Below, piece by piece: positions 1 to 9,178 of a stretch of 64,000 nt of DNA. The DNA comes from Escherichia phage RB43. A program made the translations under genes and the position numbers. The notes under the pieces are model-generated. The model did not search any database. It was given only the letters and a program-made list of their open reading frames with translations, and was not told the DNA's origin. Numbering within the stretch: the stretch's first letter is position 1; the number at the start of each line of letters is the position of its first letter. The DNA is taken from the sequence record NC_007023.1; one strand, given 5' to 3'.

Positions 1-495
1 AAAGTCGCTATCTGCTGATACAATCAGGACTCGCTTACCTTGCGCTACTGCGTTTTTTGTAACGACACCTATAATATCATCGGCTTCTGCGAAGTCAACC
101 CTCAAGCCTTTGTACGGAAGATTTTCGCGGATCTCGTCGTAAGTCGGGTGAAGGAAACCGTTCAAAAAATCCCAGTCCCATTCAGATTCCGCGTGTTCCA
201 TTTGTCGTTTCTTTTTGTAGTACCAGGCTTTACTTCTTCGCCAATACTTGTTATCATCAAAGGCTAAGACAATTTCTGGATACTCACCTTTGAATTTAAC
301 CACGTTGTACCGGATTGTGTCAAGAACAATGTGACGAATAATTTGTTGATTGATGTCTTTCTGGTCTTTCGGCTTGAAGTTGTTCATCAACGTCGCTACC
401 GAAAGGTTCGATATATCTACACACATCACATCAACAGGATCGTCGTCATTACTCATAAGACTGTTCAGATTGAACATGCTTGCAAATGAAGACAT
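1..495 (-). CDS. rnh: RNase H / 5'-3' exonuclease (FEN family), N-terminal 165 aa; gene continues beyond window start
   Basis: Minus-strand frame open from position 1 to ATG(rc) at 493-495; translation MSSFASMFNLNSL...WYYKKKR...RVLIVSADSDF resembles T4 RNase H N-terminal region. Confidence 0.7.
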   Translation of the reverse strand, partial: MSSFASMFNLNSLMSNDDDPVDVMCVDISNLSVATLMNNFKPKDQKDINQQIIRHIVLDTIRYNVVKFKGEYPEIVLAFDDNKYWRRSKAWYYKKKRQMEHAESEWDWDFLNGFLHPTYDEIRENLPYKGLRVDFAEADDIIGVVTKNAVAQGKRVLIVSADSDF

Positions 496-572
496 ATCAA
501 TACCTCTTGTTGTTGAATGGTGATGATTATAGTGATCACTTTTTCAAAGTCAATAGATCACTTCAAGATTCT

Positions 573-711
573 GAGCGAAGCGAAGGACACGAACGTAGTG
601 AGTGTCTAACTACAGAACTACACTTTTAAATTTTTATATTTTATATATAGAGAAAAATGTAGTTTTTGGTATGTTTTTTAACCAATATTACCTATCCGTT
701 TCGCTTCGCTC
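573..711. promoter_or_regulatory. Palindromic element in rnh/gp55 divergent intergenic region
   Basis: 12-bp perfect inverted repeat GAGCGAAGCGAA (573-584) / TTCGCTTCGCTC (700-711) flanking AT-rich core with nested imperfect repeat AACTACACTTTT (616-627) / AAAAATGTAGTT (653-664); third CGCTTCGCG copy at 719-727. Confidence 0.5.
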
Positions 712-816
712 ACGGAAACGCTTCGCGTTGTTTTTATTAAATAATATAGATTGGAAGTAGGTTTGAAACCCGTAATTCCATCAGCTATAATGAATGTATT
801 CAATTTGGAGAATATA

Positions 817-1332
817 ATGACTACTAAGATTTATGCAGATAATGATAAGCTGTATCCGGTAATGTGTAAGTGGAAACAGCAGATCCGTGAAACTGGTGAT
901 CGCAAAATGCCTGATGAACTGGGTATTGCAATCATGAACATCGCTCATGGTTTAGCCCGTCGATACAACTTCAACCGTTATTCCGAAGATTGGAAAATGG
1001 ATATGATCGATGATGGTATTTCCGCTACGATTTCCGGTTTACATAATTTTGATGAAACCAAATATACAAACGTTTATGGGTATATCAACAAGGCTTGCTG
1101 GCAAGCGTTTGTAACCCGCATTCTTTACGAGAAGAAAGAGAACGCGAAAAAATACAAATACTTCCTGGAACACGTTTACGATAGTGACGATACTGATATG
1201 ACCGCGATAGCTGATGAAACTTTCATTCAGGATATCCATGATAAACTTAATCAGTACGAAGAGTCTGCGAAAAAACCTAAAGATAAAATCGAGGTTGTGG
1301 ACGAATCGCCAACTTTGGAAATGTTTCTATGA
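817..1332 (+). CDS. 55: Late-transcription sigma factor gp55
   Basis: Translation from ATG 817 (GGAG 8 nt upstream) aligns with remembered T4 gp55 (GLAIMNIAHGLARRYNFN, GLHNFDETKY, ETFIQDI motifs). Confidence 0.9.
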   Translation: MTTKIYADNDKLYPVMCKWKQQIRETGDRKMPDELGIAIMNIAHGLARRYNFNRYSEDWKMDMIDDGISATISGLHNFDETKYTNVYGYINKACWQAFVTRILYEKKENAKKYKYFLEHVYDSDDTDMTAIADETFIQDIHDKLNQYEESAKKPKDKIEVVDESPTLEMFL

Positions 1333-1556
1333 AAATTAAAATTGACCTGAACAAAATTTTAGCAGATGCTGACAACGAAATTGATCTGCTTCCTTACCTT
1401 GTGAAATTAGAGTTGCAGAACGTAGGTGTTCCCGTTATCATCGACCCTACTGATGTACGAGATCCAGACTTCGCTATAGAAAGTGGACGTTTGGACTATG
1501 TAATAAATGCCGATACAATGATCATGGAGATCACTTACTATGAACAAGCAGCATGA
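1329..1556 (+). CDS. hypothetical protein (75 aa)
   Basis: ORF overlapping gp55 stop (ATGA), compact early-gene spacing. Confidence 0.45.
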   Translation: MKIKIDLNKILADADNEIDLLPYLVKLELQNVGVPVIIDPTDVRDPDFAIESGRLDYVINADTMIMEITYYEQAA

Positions 1557-1887
1557 AGTATTAGACGAAGTGGCGCACGAGAAAACAGCAACAGAACTTC
1601 GTGAAGAAGAACTGGAATCCCTGAAAGGTACGCGTGTTGAACAGGAAGCGCTACGCAAAGCACAGAAGTATATGCGTAAGAACCGCGCTGAATGGAAACG
1701 ACTTCACAACCACGCTGAAAATGCCCTGTTTGATGGTAACAAAGCACAGTATGTGTACGCTATCAAAAAGATGCGTGATATGCTCAAACAACCATACAAC
1801 GATGAACTGATTGAAACGATGTGGATCACTTCAAATCAACAGCTTAAAGATCTGTTCGTCATGGCTTCTGAAAAATACGGTAAATAA
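1540..1887 (+). CDS. hypothetical protein (115 aa)
   Basis: ORF followed by hairpin terminator at 1887-1905. Confidence 0.5.
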   Translation: MNKQHEVLDEVAHEKTATELREEELESLKGTRVEQEALRKAQKYMRKNRAEWKRLHNHAENALFDGNKAQYVYAIKKMRDMLKQPYNDELIETMWITSNQQLKDLFVMASEKYGK

Positions 1888-1905
1888 ACCCCTTCGGGGG
1901 TTTTT
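1887..1905 (+). terminator. Rho-independent terminator
   Basis: AAACCCCTTCGGGGGTTTTT hairpin plus T-run. Confidence 0.7.
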
Positions 1906-1914
1906 GAGGTTCTT

Positions 1915-2934
1915 ATGAATTATGTTTTAATTGGTGATACACATGCAGGACTTCGCCAGGATAACCCCTGGAACGAAGAAAACCTGTATGCGGTATTCAA
2001 ACAGATTGTAGAATATTGCAAAGAAAACGGGATCACTCGCGGTTTCCATGCTGGCGATTTCTTTGATGTTCGAAAAGCAACCACACAGACAACGATGAAC
2101 TTCGTTCGTGAAAAGCTGGTTCCTCTTCTGATTGAGGCGGGGATCACGCTGGATGTTCTGGTCGGCAACCACGATTGCCAGTTTAAAGACCGTATACGCC
2201 CCAACGCGCCACGCGAGATATTAAGTCAATACGAATGTTTCAATGTCATTGATGAACCGACTACGGTTGATTTAGGCAACGGGAATTCGATCGACCTGAT
2301 ACCGTGGATCTGTCAGGAAAACAGTCACAGGATTTTCGAGTTTATCAAACAGTCAAAATCGAATTACTGCCTGGGACACTTCGAACTGTCTGGTTATTAT
2401 TTCTACAAGAACAGCAAAGCCGATCATGGGCTAGAACCTGATTTCTTGAAGAAGTACGAGCGCGTTTATTCTGGACACTATCACCACGCTAACGAGGGTG
2501 ATAACGTGTTTTACATTGGTACGCCTCTGACTATGAGCGCGAACGATGAAGACGAAACACGGGGTTTCTATGAATTTACTGGTTCCCCTGAACTAACGTT
2601 CATTGCAAATCCAGTTTGCCACCATCGCCGGATCATGTATCCTTCACAAAAGGATGTCGATTTAGAACAGTTCCGTAATTGTTCTGTACGTCTGATTGTC
2701 AGTGAAGTTGACAGCGGTCTTGCCAAGTTCCAAACCAAGATCGAAGAAATTGCACATGAAATCAGCATCATCGACAAAATCCAGACTGATTCGAACGTCG
2801 ATACAGATTTTGAGATCAAGACCGTTCGTGGCCTGATCGGGGAATACATCGCTAACATGCAAATAAGCGACGACGAAAAAGAAGACGTTAACAAGCTGAT
2901 AAGTGAACTTTACGCGGAGGTGTCAAGTGCATGA
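1915..2934 (+). CDS. 47: Recombination nuclease subunit gp47 (Mre11/SbcD-like phosphoesterase)
   Basis: 339 aa; calcineurin-like motifs DTHAG, GDFFD, GNHD; length matches T4 gp47. Confidence 0.9.
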   Translation: MNYVLIGDTHAGLRQDNPWNEENLYAVFKQIVEYCKENGITRGFHAGDFFDVRKATTQTTMNFVREKLVPLLIEAGITLDVLVGNHDCQFKDRIRPNAPREILSQYECFNVIDEPTTVDLGNGNSIDLIPWICQENSHRIFEFIKQSKSNYCLGHFELSGYYFYKNSKADHGLEPDFLKKYERVYSGHYHHANEGDNVFYIGTPLTMSANDEDETRGFYEFTGSPELTFIANPVCHHRRIMYPSQKDVDLEQFRNCSVRLIVSEVDSGLAKFQTKIEEIAHEISIIDKIQTDSNVDTDFEIKTVRGLIGEYIANMQISDDEKEDVNKLISELYAEVSSA

Positions 2935-3202
2935 ACGATATGAAAAATATTTTGGGGAAACCCCATTATATTTGCCACTGCTTACAACGTTCGGTATTGA
3001 CCATATTGTAAGCAAAAGCGATGATAGTGTATGCTTGACGTTCGTTAAAGATAACTGGCATTCTTCAAGAACGTTTTCTATCCTGATGCTTGATGCGTTA
3101 GACGATGATACATTGTCATACGCTCTTGAGGTCGAACTCGTTAATATGGTTGCAGAACTTAGTGAAGGTATTTTAAGTGAAACTAAACTTCAAAAAAATT
3201 AA
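2926..3202 (+). CDS. hypothetical small protein between genes 47 and 46
   Basis: ORF with GGAGG before GTG 2926; overlaps 47 end and 46 start. Confidence 0.35.
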
Positions 3203-4880
3203 GTATCAGAATATTCTGTCGGTCGGGAATACCCCGATCGAACTCGAATTCGATACTGCAAAGAAAACCCTGATTACGGGTAAAAATGGTGGTGGTAAAT
3301 CCACACTGATCGAAGCGTTGACGTATGCTCTTTTTGGTAAGTCATTTCGTGATCTAAAAGTCGGGCAACTGGTAAACAGTGTCAACAAAAAGAAATGCCT
3401 TGTTGAACTCGAAATTGAATATGGCAAAGACTCGTACAAAATTGTACGTGGACAGAAGCCGAAGGTATTCGAGATCTGGAAAAACGGCGATAAGTTAGCA
3501 GAAGATTCGGCATCGGGTGATTATCAATCTCAGCTTGAATCCATGCTCAATATTAACCTGGTTGGATTCAAACAGGTAATCGTGTTGGGTACTGCTGGTT
3601 ATACTCCATTCATGGAACTGAGAACACCGGATCGCCGTAAACTGGTTGAAGACCTGTTGTCGCTATCGGTTATCAGTGAAATGGATAAGCTGAACAAATC
3701 ATATGTTCGTGGTGTTAATCAGCAGTTGGATACCCTGTCTATGCAGGTGAACCACATCCAGCAGCAGATCGCTACACACCAGCGCTTCATTGATGAACAG
3801 CGAGCTAAAGCGAACCAGAACAACGCACGATACAAAGAGATCTACGATAGTCACGTTGAAACCGCGAAGAACATCAAAGCACAGCTTATGCAGTTGCAAG
3901 CGGAGATCGCAGAAACGGTGATCACTGGTGCAGACCGAACGGAAGATATAAACAAACTCCGTGATGGTTATACGCGCCTCTCTATGACTGTAGAACAGTT
4001 TAAAAAGCTGGAAGTGATGTATCAGAAAGGTGGTGAGTGTCCGGCCTGTAAACAGGCGATTAAGCCCACTCCTGAACGCATGGAAGAGATCGCCAACAAT
4101 ATCAAAGCTGGTACACAACGATTAACGCTGATCAAAACCAAACAGGACGAGTTGCAAGGCATTATGAACGAGTTGCTTCAACAGCAACGCGCACTGAATG
4201 CTATGAAAACGAAATACGAAGCCCTGAAAGGTACTTTACAAAACGAAGTCGCCAACGCTAAACGCGCACAAGCTATTATGGAACAGGCAAGCGCGGAAGT
4301 CGTTATTGACGAAGAACCCGTTAAGCAGTTGCAGCAACAAGAAACAGAACTGAATGATAAACGTCAAGGATACGTGAAAGAAAAATATATCCGTGGTATC
4401 GTTACGGATATGTTAAAAGATTCAGGTGTGAAAGCCAGTATCGTAAAACGATATATTCCGTACTTCAATAAACAGATTGCGTATTATCTGAATCTGTTGG
4501 GTGCTGATTATCAATTTACACTGGATGATGAATTCAACGAATCGATCAAATCTCTGGGACGCGATGATTTTAGTTACGCATCATTCAGCCAGGGTGAACG
4601 CGCACGAATCAACCTATCAATTCTGTTTACATGGCGCGATGTAACAAGTAAAGTCTCCGGCGTGGATCTGTCTCTGCTGGTACTTGATGAAGTGTTTGAT
4701 GGGCCACTTGATAAAGAGGGTTCATTTGCGATTAAATCACTTCTGGATTCTGTCGATGGTAACGTTATTGTCATCAGTCATCAGGATCTTGATCCGCAAG
4801 ATTTCGATCGACACATCATCATGTCTAAGGTTGGACGGTTCACAAAACCATCAATCAAAGATATGGCGGTATCATGTTAG
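3177..4880 (+). CDS. 46: Recombination nuclease subunit gp46 (Rad50/SbcC-like ATPase)
   Basis: 567 aa; Walker A GKNGGGKST, long coiled coil, CPxC zinc hook, signature SFSQGERARINLS, D-loop LVLDEVFDG; start MKLNFKKIKYQNILSVG matches T4 gp46. Confidence 0.92.
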   Translation: MKLNFKKIKYQNILSVGNTPIELEFDTAKKTLITGKNGGGKSTLIEALTYALFGKSFRDLKVGQLVNSVNKKKCLVELEIEYGKDSYKIVRGQKPKVFEIWKNGDKLAEDSASGDYQSQLESMLNINLVGFKQVIVLGTAGYTPFMELRTPDRRKLVEDLLSLSVISEMDKLNKSYVRGVNQQLDTLSMQVNHIQQQIATHQRFIDEQRAKANQNNARYKEIYDSHVETAKNIKAQLMQLQAEIAETVITGADRTEDINKLRDGYTRLSMTVEQFKKLEVMYQKGGECPACKQAIKPTPERMEEIANNIKAGTQRLTLIKTKQDELQGIMNELLQQQRALNAMKTKYEALKGTLQNEVANAKRAQAIMEQASAEVVIDEEPVKQLQQQETELNDKRQGYVKEKYIRGIVTDMLKDSGVKASIVKRYIPYFNKQIAYYLNLLGADYQFTLDDEFNESIKSLGRDDFSYASFSQGERARINLSILFTWRDVTSKVSGVDLSLLVLDEVFDGPLDKEGSFAIKSLLDSVDGNVIVISHQDLDPQDFDRHIIMSKVGRFTKPSIKDMAVSC

Positions 4881-5065
4881 AACGTGAGTTCGATTTAAAG
4901 ACCTCTCCCGAAGTGGATAGGTATTATCTACACAACGAACTGTTGGAAGAAAAACACGTTGTTACTATGGAAGATGTCAAAGAAGCCTTTAAAGACAATC
5001 AGTTAGAGCTAACGCGAATACTGAATAACAAATCGTCTGTATGGTTTCTTGAAAAAATCTATTGA
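4874..5065 (+). CDS. hypothetical protein (63 aa)
   Basis: ORF overlapping gp46 stop; followed by terminator. Confidence 0.4.
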   Translation: MLEREFDLKTSPEVDRYYLHNELLEEKHVVTMEDVKEAFKDNQLELTRILNNKSSVWFLEKIY

Positions 5066-5091
5066 CACCTGAACATAAATACCTTAAAGTT

Positions 5092-5124
5092 GCCCGTGTA
5101 CTGAGTTGCACGGGCTTTTATTTT
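5092..5124 (+). terminator. Rho-independent terminator
   Basis: GCCCGTG...CACGGGC hairpin followed by TTTTATTTT. Confidence 0.65.
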
Positions 5125-5136
5125 GAGGAACGGAAA

Positions 5137-5850
5137 ATGATTAACGAAAAAATGACACATCGCGAAGCGTTGGAAATCTTAGGGGCTACTGGTACTGAAT
5201 CCAAAGCCGAAATGTCCAAACTCTTCAAACGTGCTTCTCTGCGTAATCACCCCGATCGTGGTGGTAGCACAGAACTCATGCAAAAAATTAACCAGGCATA
5301 TGACGTAGTAACGAGAACAAACAGTTCTGGCGAAACTATGATGGATATGCGAGCGCGTCACGCAGCGAATAAAAAAGCGTGGGAAGAAAAACTGGATGCG
5401 TATTTTGTTGTTGCTAAGAACTATTTCAGCACGAAATTTAACGCACAGGAATTCGCTGAATACTTCACCAAATACACCGGACAACCGACGACCTTCACAC
5501 AGGAAGTCAAGAAAGATACAATTTCCGTATCTGCTGTGTTCCGTTTCACTTCTGGTGATGCTCACTTTGATTTCGCTTTCTACTGCAAGCCGGAAGAAGG
5601 TAAAGGTTTGATGTCTCCTGATGCAAGCGCATTGGGTAGTGTTTCTGTCAATACTCTGGTATTGGTTGGAACCAAAAAACATAAAATGGCAAGCCGTGAA
5701 TATCAATGGGGCAAAAACCCAGATAAGATCACACCAGAAAGCCTGTTCCCGTCCAAGAAACTTGCATCAATTTTCAGCCCGACACAAAAGAACCTCAAGT
5801 TCAAACGTGCTGACTATATGACTTCTTTCCGCAAGCACTTAGACGCATAA
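5137..5850 (+). CDS. J-domain (DnaJ-like) protein
   Basis: N-terminal J domain with HPD motif (RNHPDRGGSTELMQKINQAYDVV); start ATG 5137 after terminator and GAGGAA RBS. Confidence 0.7.
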   Translation: MINEKMTHREALEILGATGTESKAEMSKLFKRASLRNHPDRGGSTELMQKINQAYDVVTRTNSSGETMMDMRARHAANKKAWEEKLDAYFVVAKNYFSTKFNAQEFAEYFTKYTGQPTTFTQEVKKDTISVSAVFRFTSGDAHFDFAFYCKPEEGKGLMSPDASALGSVSVNTLVLVGTKKHKMASREYQWGKNPDKITPESLFPSKKLASIFSPTQKNLKFKRADYMTSFRKHLDA

Positions 5851-5913
5851 ATTAGCGGTAATGATATCTATGTTCCTGTAGGCGACCTGAAAGTTCGTTT
5901 CTATCGTCATGTA

Positions 5914-6834
5914 ATGATGCGTAAAGGTGCGTATGTGTTTAGTGCGGTATACGACCCAGCGGTAAGTAAATTCCGTTCTGCTGCAAACCTTCGCGGTACT
6001 ATGTTTGAAGACGAAGACGGCGCATGTTTGGATATGATTATCGACACTTTCAAAGAAATGCAGAAAGCAAAACCGAACGTTAACGGTATTGTCGGTATCA
6101 TTGACAAGATGAACGCAGAATTCGCAGCGGGACACCGTTCAGCATCTTTCGTCAAACGTATGGCACAGCAAGCAGCAGCACCGAAGCCGGAAGAAAAGCC
6201 GAAACGCACTGTTAACCGTATCAGCAAAGATGATTATTTCAACGCATTGAAACAAGCGGGTGCAACATTCCGTAGCAACTACGGTGAGTTTGATAACGGC
6301 GCTGGATTGACTTTCCACTTCAAACGCGAGATCAGCAACCGTAAAGGCTTCTGGAGTTTCAGCAGTTTTAATTTCATGCACTCTGGTCAACGTCATGTTG
6401 AATGGTTGAAAGATATCGACATTGACGAAGACAGCAAAGGTGCAAGTATCGGTCTGATGGTTGATACTCTGAAACAGTTGCGTGGTGTTGCTGATTGGTA
6501 TACTGCAAGAAAGATCCTGGAAGCGATGCGCGACAACTTCAAAGCTGGTAAGTTCTCCGCACCACACGTTAAGAAAGAAGCCGAACAGAAACGCACTGAG
6601 GCGCAAGCTAAGGACGAGTTAGGCGCACAGCCTACCAAACCCCAGGAAGCAAAGAAAGAAGCCCCAGCAGTTGATAAGGCTCATGAGGCGCAAATGGCTA
6701 AAGAGAAAGCACAGATGAATGCAACCATTCGTTCTATGCTCTCCGCTCTGGTTAAAGCTGGACGCAAAGACACGCCGGAAGAAATTAAAAAAGCAGTTGA
6801 TGAAGCAATCGCTCTCTGGCGCTTGAAACACTAA
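5914..6834 (+). CDS. hypothetical protein (306 aa), charged Lys/Ala/Glu-rich C-terminus
   Basis: Long ORF in same frame as the J-domain gene, separated only by one TAA stop. Confidence 0.55.
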   Translation: MMRKGAYVFSAVYDPAVSKFRSAANLRGTMFEDEDGACLDMIIDTFKEMQKAKPNVNGIVGIIDKMNAEFAAGHRSASFVKRMAQQAAAPKPEEKPKRTVNRISKDDYFNALKQAGATFRSNYGEFDNGAGLTFHFKREISNRKGFWSFSSFNFMHSGQRHVEWLKDIDIDEDSKGASIGLMVDTLKQLRGVADWYTARKILEAMRDNFKAGKFSAPHVKKEAEQKRTEAQAKDELGAQPTKPQEAKKEAPAVDKAHEAQMAKEKAQMNATIRSMLSALVKAGRKDTPEEIKKAVDEAIALWRLKH

Positions 6835-6850
6835 CTGATTGTGTTATACT

Positions 6851-6880
6851 GGGAACTGTTGAAAAGCAGTTCCCTTTTTT
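6851..6880 (+). terminator. Rho-independent terminator
   Basis: GGGAACTG...CAGTTCCC hairpin followed by TTTTTT. Confidence 0.65.
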
Positions 6881-6894
6881 ATGAGGAAAATACT

Positions 6895-7221
6895 ATGAGT
6901 TGTCCAACATGGGCGCATTTTGAAAATTTGAAAGAAGGTACGCAGAAACGCGTGTATATCAATCTGGGTTGGATTCCTCCAAGTGATTTTGAATTATCCG
7001 TAATTCTGGTCAATGCCAGCAAAGAGATCAACGAAACTTTCGAATGGGAAAGACTTACTTTGCCTGTTCATCCAGGGTTCTTTATGTCCCGTGAAAAGTT
7101 CGAAGAAATGAAACGAGCGGTAGAATGTATCAATGGGTTTACTACGCCATCTCTACGTATGCACTACCGGAACCTATTCACCCTGAAAAAAGCATGGGAA
7201 ATCGCGGAGGTTGAATTATGA
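6895..7221 (+). CDS. hypothetical protein (108 aa)
   Basis: ATG 6895 with AGGAAAA RBS. Confidence 0.5.
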   Translation: MSCPTWAHFENLKEGTQKRVYINLGWIPPSDFELSVILVNASKEINETFEWERLTLPVHPGFFMSREKFEEMKRAVECINGFTTPSLRMHYRNLFTLKKAWEIAEVEL

Positions 7222-7499
7222 TTATTCAGGTATCCGTACAGGGTAACACTCTGACAGTAACCAATTCCATTATGACCGCTATGGCTGCATGTCGTGATCA
7301 TGTATTGACAACGCCGCCTGTGACTGAAATTTTGGAAATTGATATATGGCACGGTGGTGTAATTTCTGGATCTTATGGATTCACACCACTGGAAGAAAAT
7401 TTAAACACAATGGAAGAATGGTTATATGGGAAATTGTACACCAATGAAACTACCAAAGCATACGACGCTGTTAACTCGCGAAAAACTACATTCTGTTGA
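7218..7499 (+). CDS. hypothetical protein (93 aa)
   Basis: ORF with ATGA overlap to upstream gene. Confidence 0.45.
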   Translation: MIIQVSVQGNTLTVTNSIMTAMAACRDHVLTTPPVTEILEIDIWHGGVISGSYGFTPLEENLNTMEEWLYGKLYTNETTKAYDAVNSRKTTFC

Positions 7500-7701
7500 A
7501 TGGAGTCCCTTAGACGTGATGATCTTTGATATCGAATCACGGATCATCAATGCTCGTATGAACGGATTAGGAATCTTTTCTGTTGAATTCGAAAAGATTC
7601 GCGGTTATAATGCTGAATGTAAAAACAAGTTACGCGTCATGGTGGAAGCAATGGGCTACATCGTGGATATTGAAGACAATAAAATGTGGATCGGATTATG
7701 A
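7426..7701 (+). CDS. hypothetical protein (about 85-91 aa)
   Basis: ORF overlapping neighbours; start uncertain (7426 or 7444). Confidence 0.35.
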   Translation: MGNCTPMKLPKHTTLLTREKLHSVEWSPLDVMIFDIESRIINARMNGLGIFSVEFEKIRGYNAECKNKLRVMVEAMGYIVDIEDNKMWIGL

Positions 7702-8279
7702 GCAAAGTAAAAGCAGTTTTCGCAGTCGGTAATGACGCATATGACGAAGATTTTGCGTTTGGCTACCAGCAGGGTTTACCGTGGGGACACTGCAAAGAGG
7801 ATTTGCAGAACTTCAAAGCAGAAACCGCAAATAGTGTCCTGATCATGGGTGCAAACACTTTTACTTCTCTGCCTGGTAAATTGCCAGGGAGAGTTCATTG
7901 CGTTCTGTCTGCATCCGGTCAACGTTTGGTAACGAAGAACGGGAATACCGCTGATTACATTATTCACTGTGGCGGGTTGTCTGCTGCAATCGACGTGATG
8001 AAAGCAACGCATCCAGATAGTGATGTGTGTATCATTGGTGGTAAGGGGTTGCTTCTGGAAGCAATCAATAATACACTGGTTGATGAATTAGTCATAACTC
8101 ACGTTTATGGACATCGTGTGTATAATGCACCAGCGTTTAAACGTGATGTTTCGTTTAGCGTCAAAGAATTCTATGATGCAGTCTTGAAGTACGGATATTG
8201 TGATTTTGAAACTATCCATATTCACGACAACGAACGCGTTGCAAAACTCGTAATTGATCGATATACGAAAAAGGCATGA
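7698..8279 (+). CDS. frd: Dihydrofolate reductase
   Basis: MSKVKAVFAVGND...GLPWG...LIMGANTF aligns with T4 Frd/DHFR motifs. Confidence 0.85.
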   Translation: MSKVKAVFAVGNDAYDEDFAFGYQQGLPWGHCKEDLQNFKAETANSVLIMGANTFTSLPGKLPGRVHCVLSASGQRLVTKNGNTADYIIHCGGLSAAIDVMKATHPDSDVCIIGGKGLLLEAINNTLVDELVITHVYGHRVYNAPAFKRDVSFSVKEFYDAVLKYGYCDFETIHIHDNERVAKLVIDRYTKKA

Positions 8280-8280
8280 A

Positions 8281-9138
8281 ATGAAACAGTATCTTGATAT
8301 TATCAGGTTGGTTCTGGCAAATGGTGTTGAATCAACCGACCGCACTGGTGTAGGTACTATCCGTATCTTTGGTGCGCAAACCCGCTGGAACCTCGCAGAA
8401 GGTTTCCCAGCAACGACCAGCAAACAGCTATTCTTCAAACCGTGTAAGCATGAATTGCAATGGTTCCTGTCCGGTTCTACTAACGTTGATGAACTACGTG
8501 AAATGACCTGGGGAATAGGAAGCGATAAACGCACTATTTGGGACGATAACTACGAAAATCAGGCTAAATCGCTGGGATACTCTCATGGTTATCTGGGGCC
8601 AATCTACGGTCATCAATGGCGTTCGTTCGGTGGTGATTTGTATGGAAATCACAGCGTTGACCAGATTGCTCGGATCGTCAACGAACTGAAAACCACACCA
8701 GACGATCGCGGGATCATCGTTTCCGCATGGAACCCTGTTGATCTGGATAAAATGGCATTGCGTCCGTGTCACTGTTTCTTCCAGTTCGTCGTAATCAACG
8801 GTAAACTGTCTCTACAGTGGTATCAGCGTTCGGTTGATGTCTTCTTAGGGTTGCCGTTCAATATCGCCTCCTACGCTCTCCTGACGCATATTATCGCTGA
8901 TATTTGCGGGTACGAAGTAGGTGATCTGGTTTGGACAGGTGGTGATGTCCATATCTACAAAAACGCAATCGAGCAAGCGAAAGAACTATTGAAGCCGGAA
9001 CGTGAACCGTTACCGCTTCCGACCCTCTACATGCCGAAGGTAAATAGCTTACTTGATTTGGATCAAGAATTCTTTGACTCCATCCATTTGAAAGATTATA
9101 ATCATCACGGCTCGCTAAAAGCAGCTATGGCAGTATAA
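8281..9138 (+). CDS. td: Thymidylate synthase (intronless)
   Basis: MKQYLDII...DRTGVGT...LRPCHCFFQFVV...QRSVDVFLGLPFNIASYALL nearly collinear with T4 Td; single uninterrupted ORF. Confidence 0.95.
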   Translation: MKQYLDIIRLVLANGVESTDRTGVGTIRIFGAQTRWNLAEGFPATTSKQLFFKPCKHELQWFLSGSTNVDELREMTWGIGSDKRTIWDDNYENQAKSLGYSHGYLGPIYGHQWRSFGGDLYGNHSVDQIARIVNELKTTPDDRGIIVSAWNPVDLDKMALRPCHCFFQFVVINGKLSLQWYQRSVDVFLGLPFNIASYALLTHIIADICGYEVGDLVWTGGDVHIYKNAIEQAKELLKPEREPLPLPTLYMPKVNSLLDLDQEFFDSIHLKDYNHHGSLKAAMAV

Positions 9139-9144
9139 ACAAAA

Positions 9145-9164
9145 GGGGCGAAAGCCCCTTTCTT
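9145..9164 (+). terminator. Rho-independent terminator
   Basis: GGGGCGAAAGCCCC hairpin plus T-rich tract. Confidence 0.6.
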
Positions 9165-9178
9165 AACAAGGTAAGATA

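Noticed and set aside
40-267. Plus-strand ORF in the track at the window start
   Set aside because: Antisense shadow of the minus-strand rnh coding region, which has clear T4 RNase H similarity
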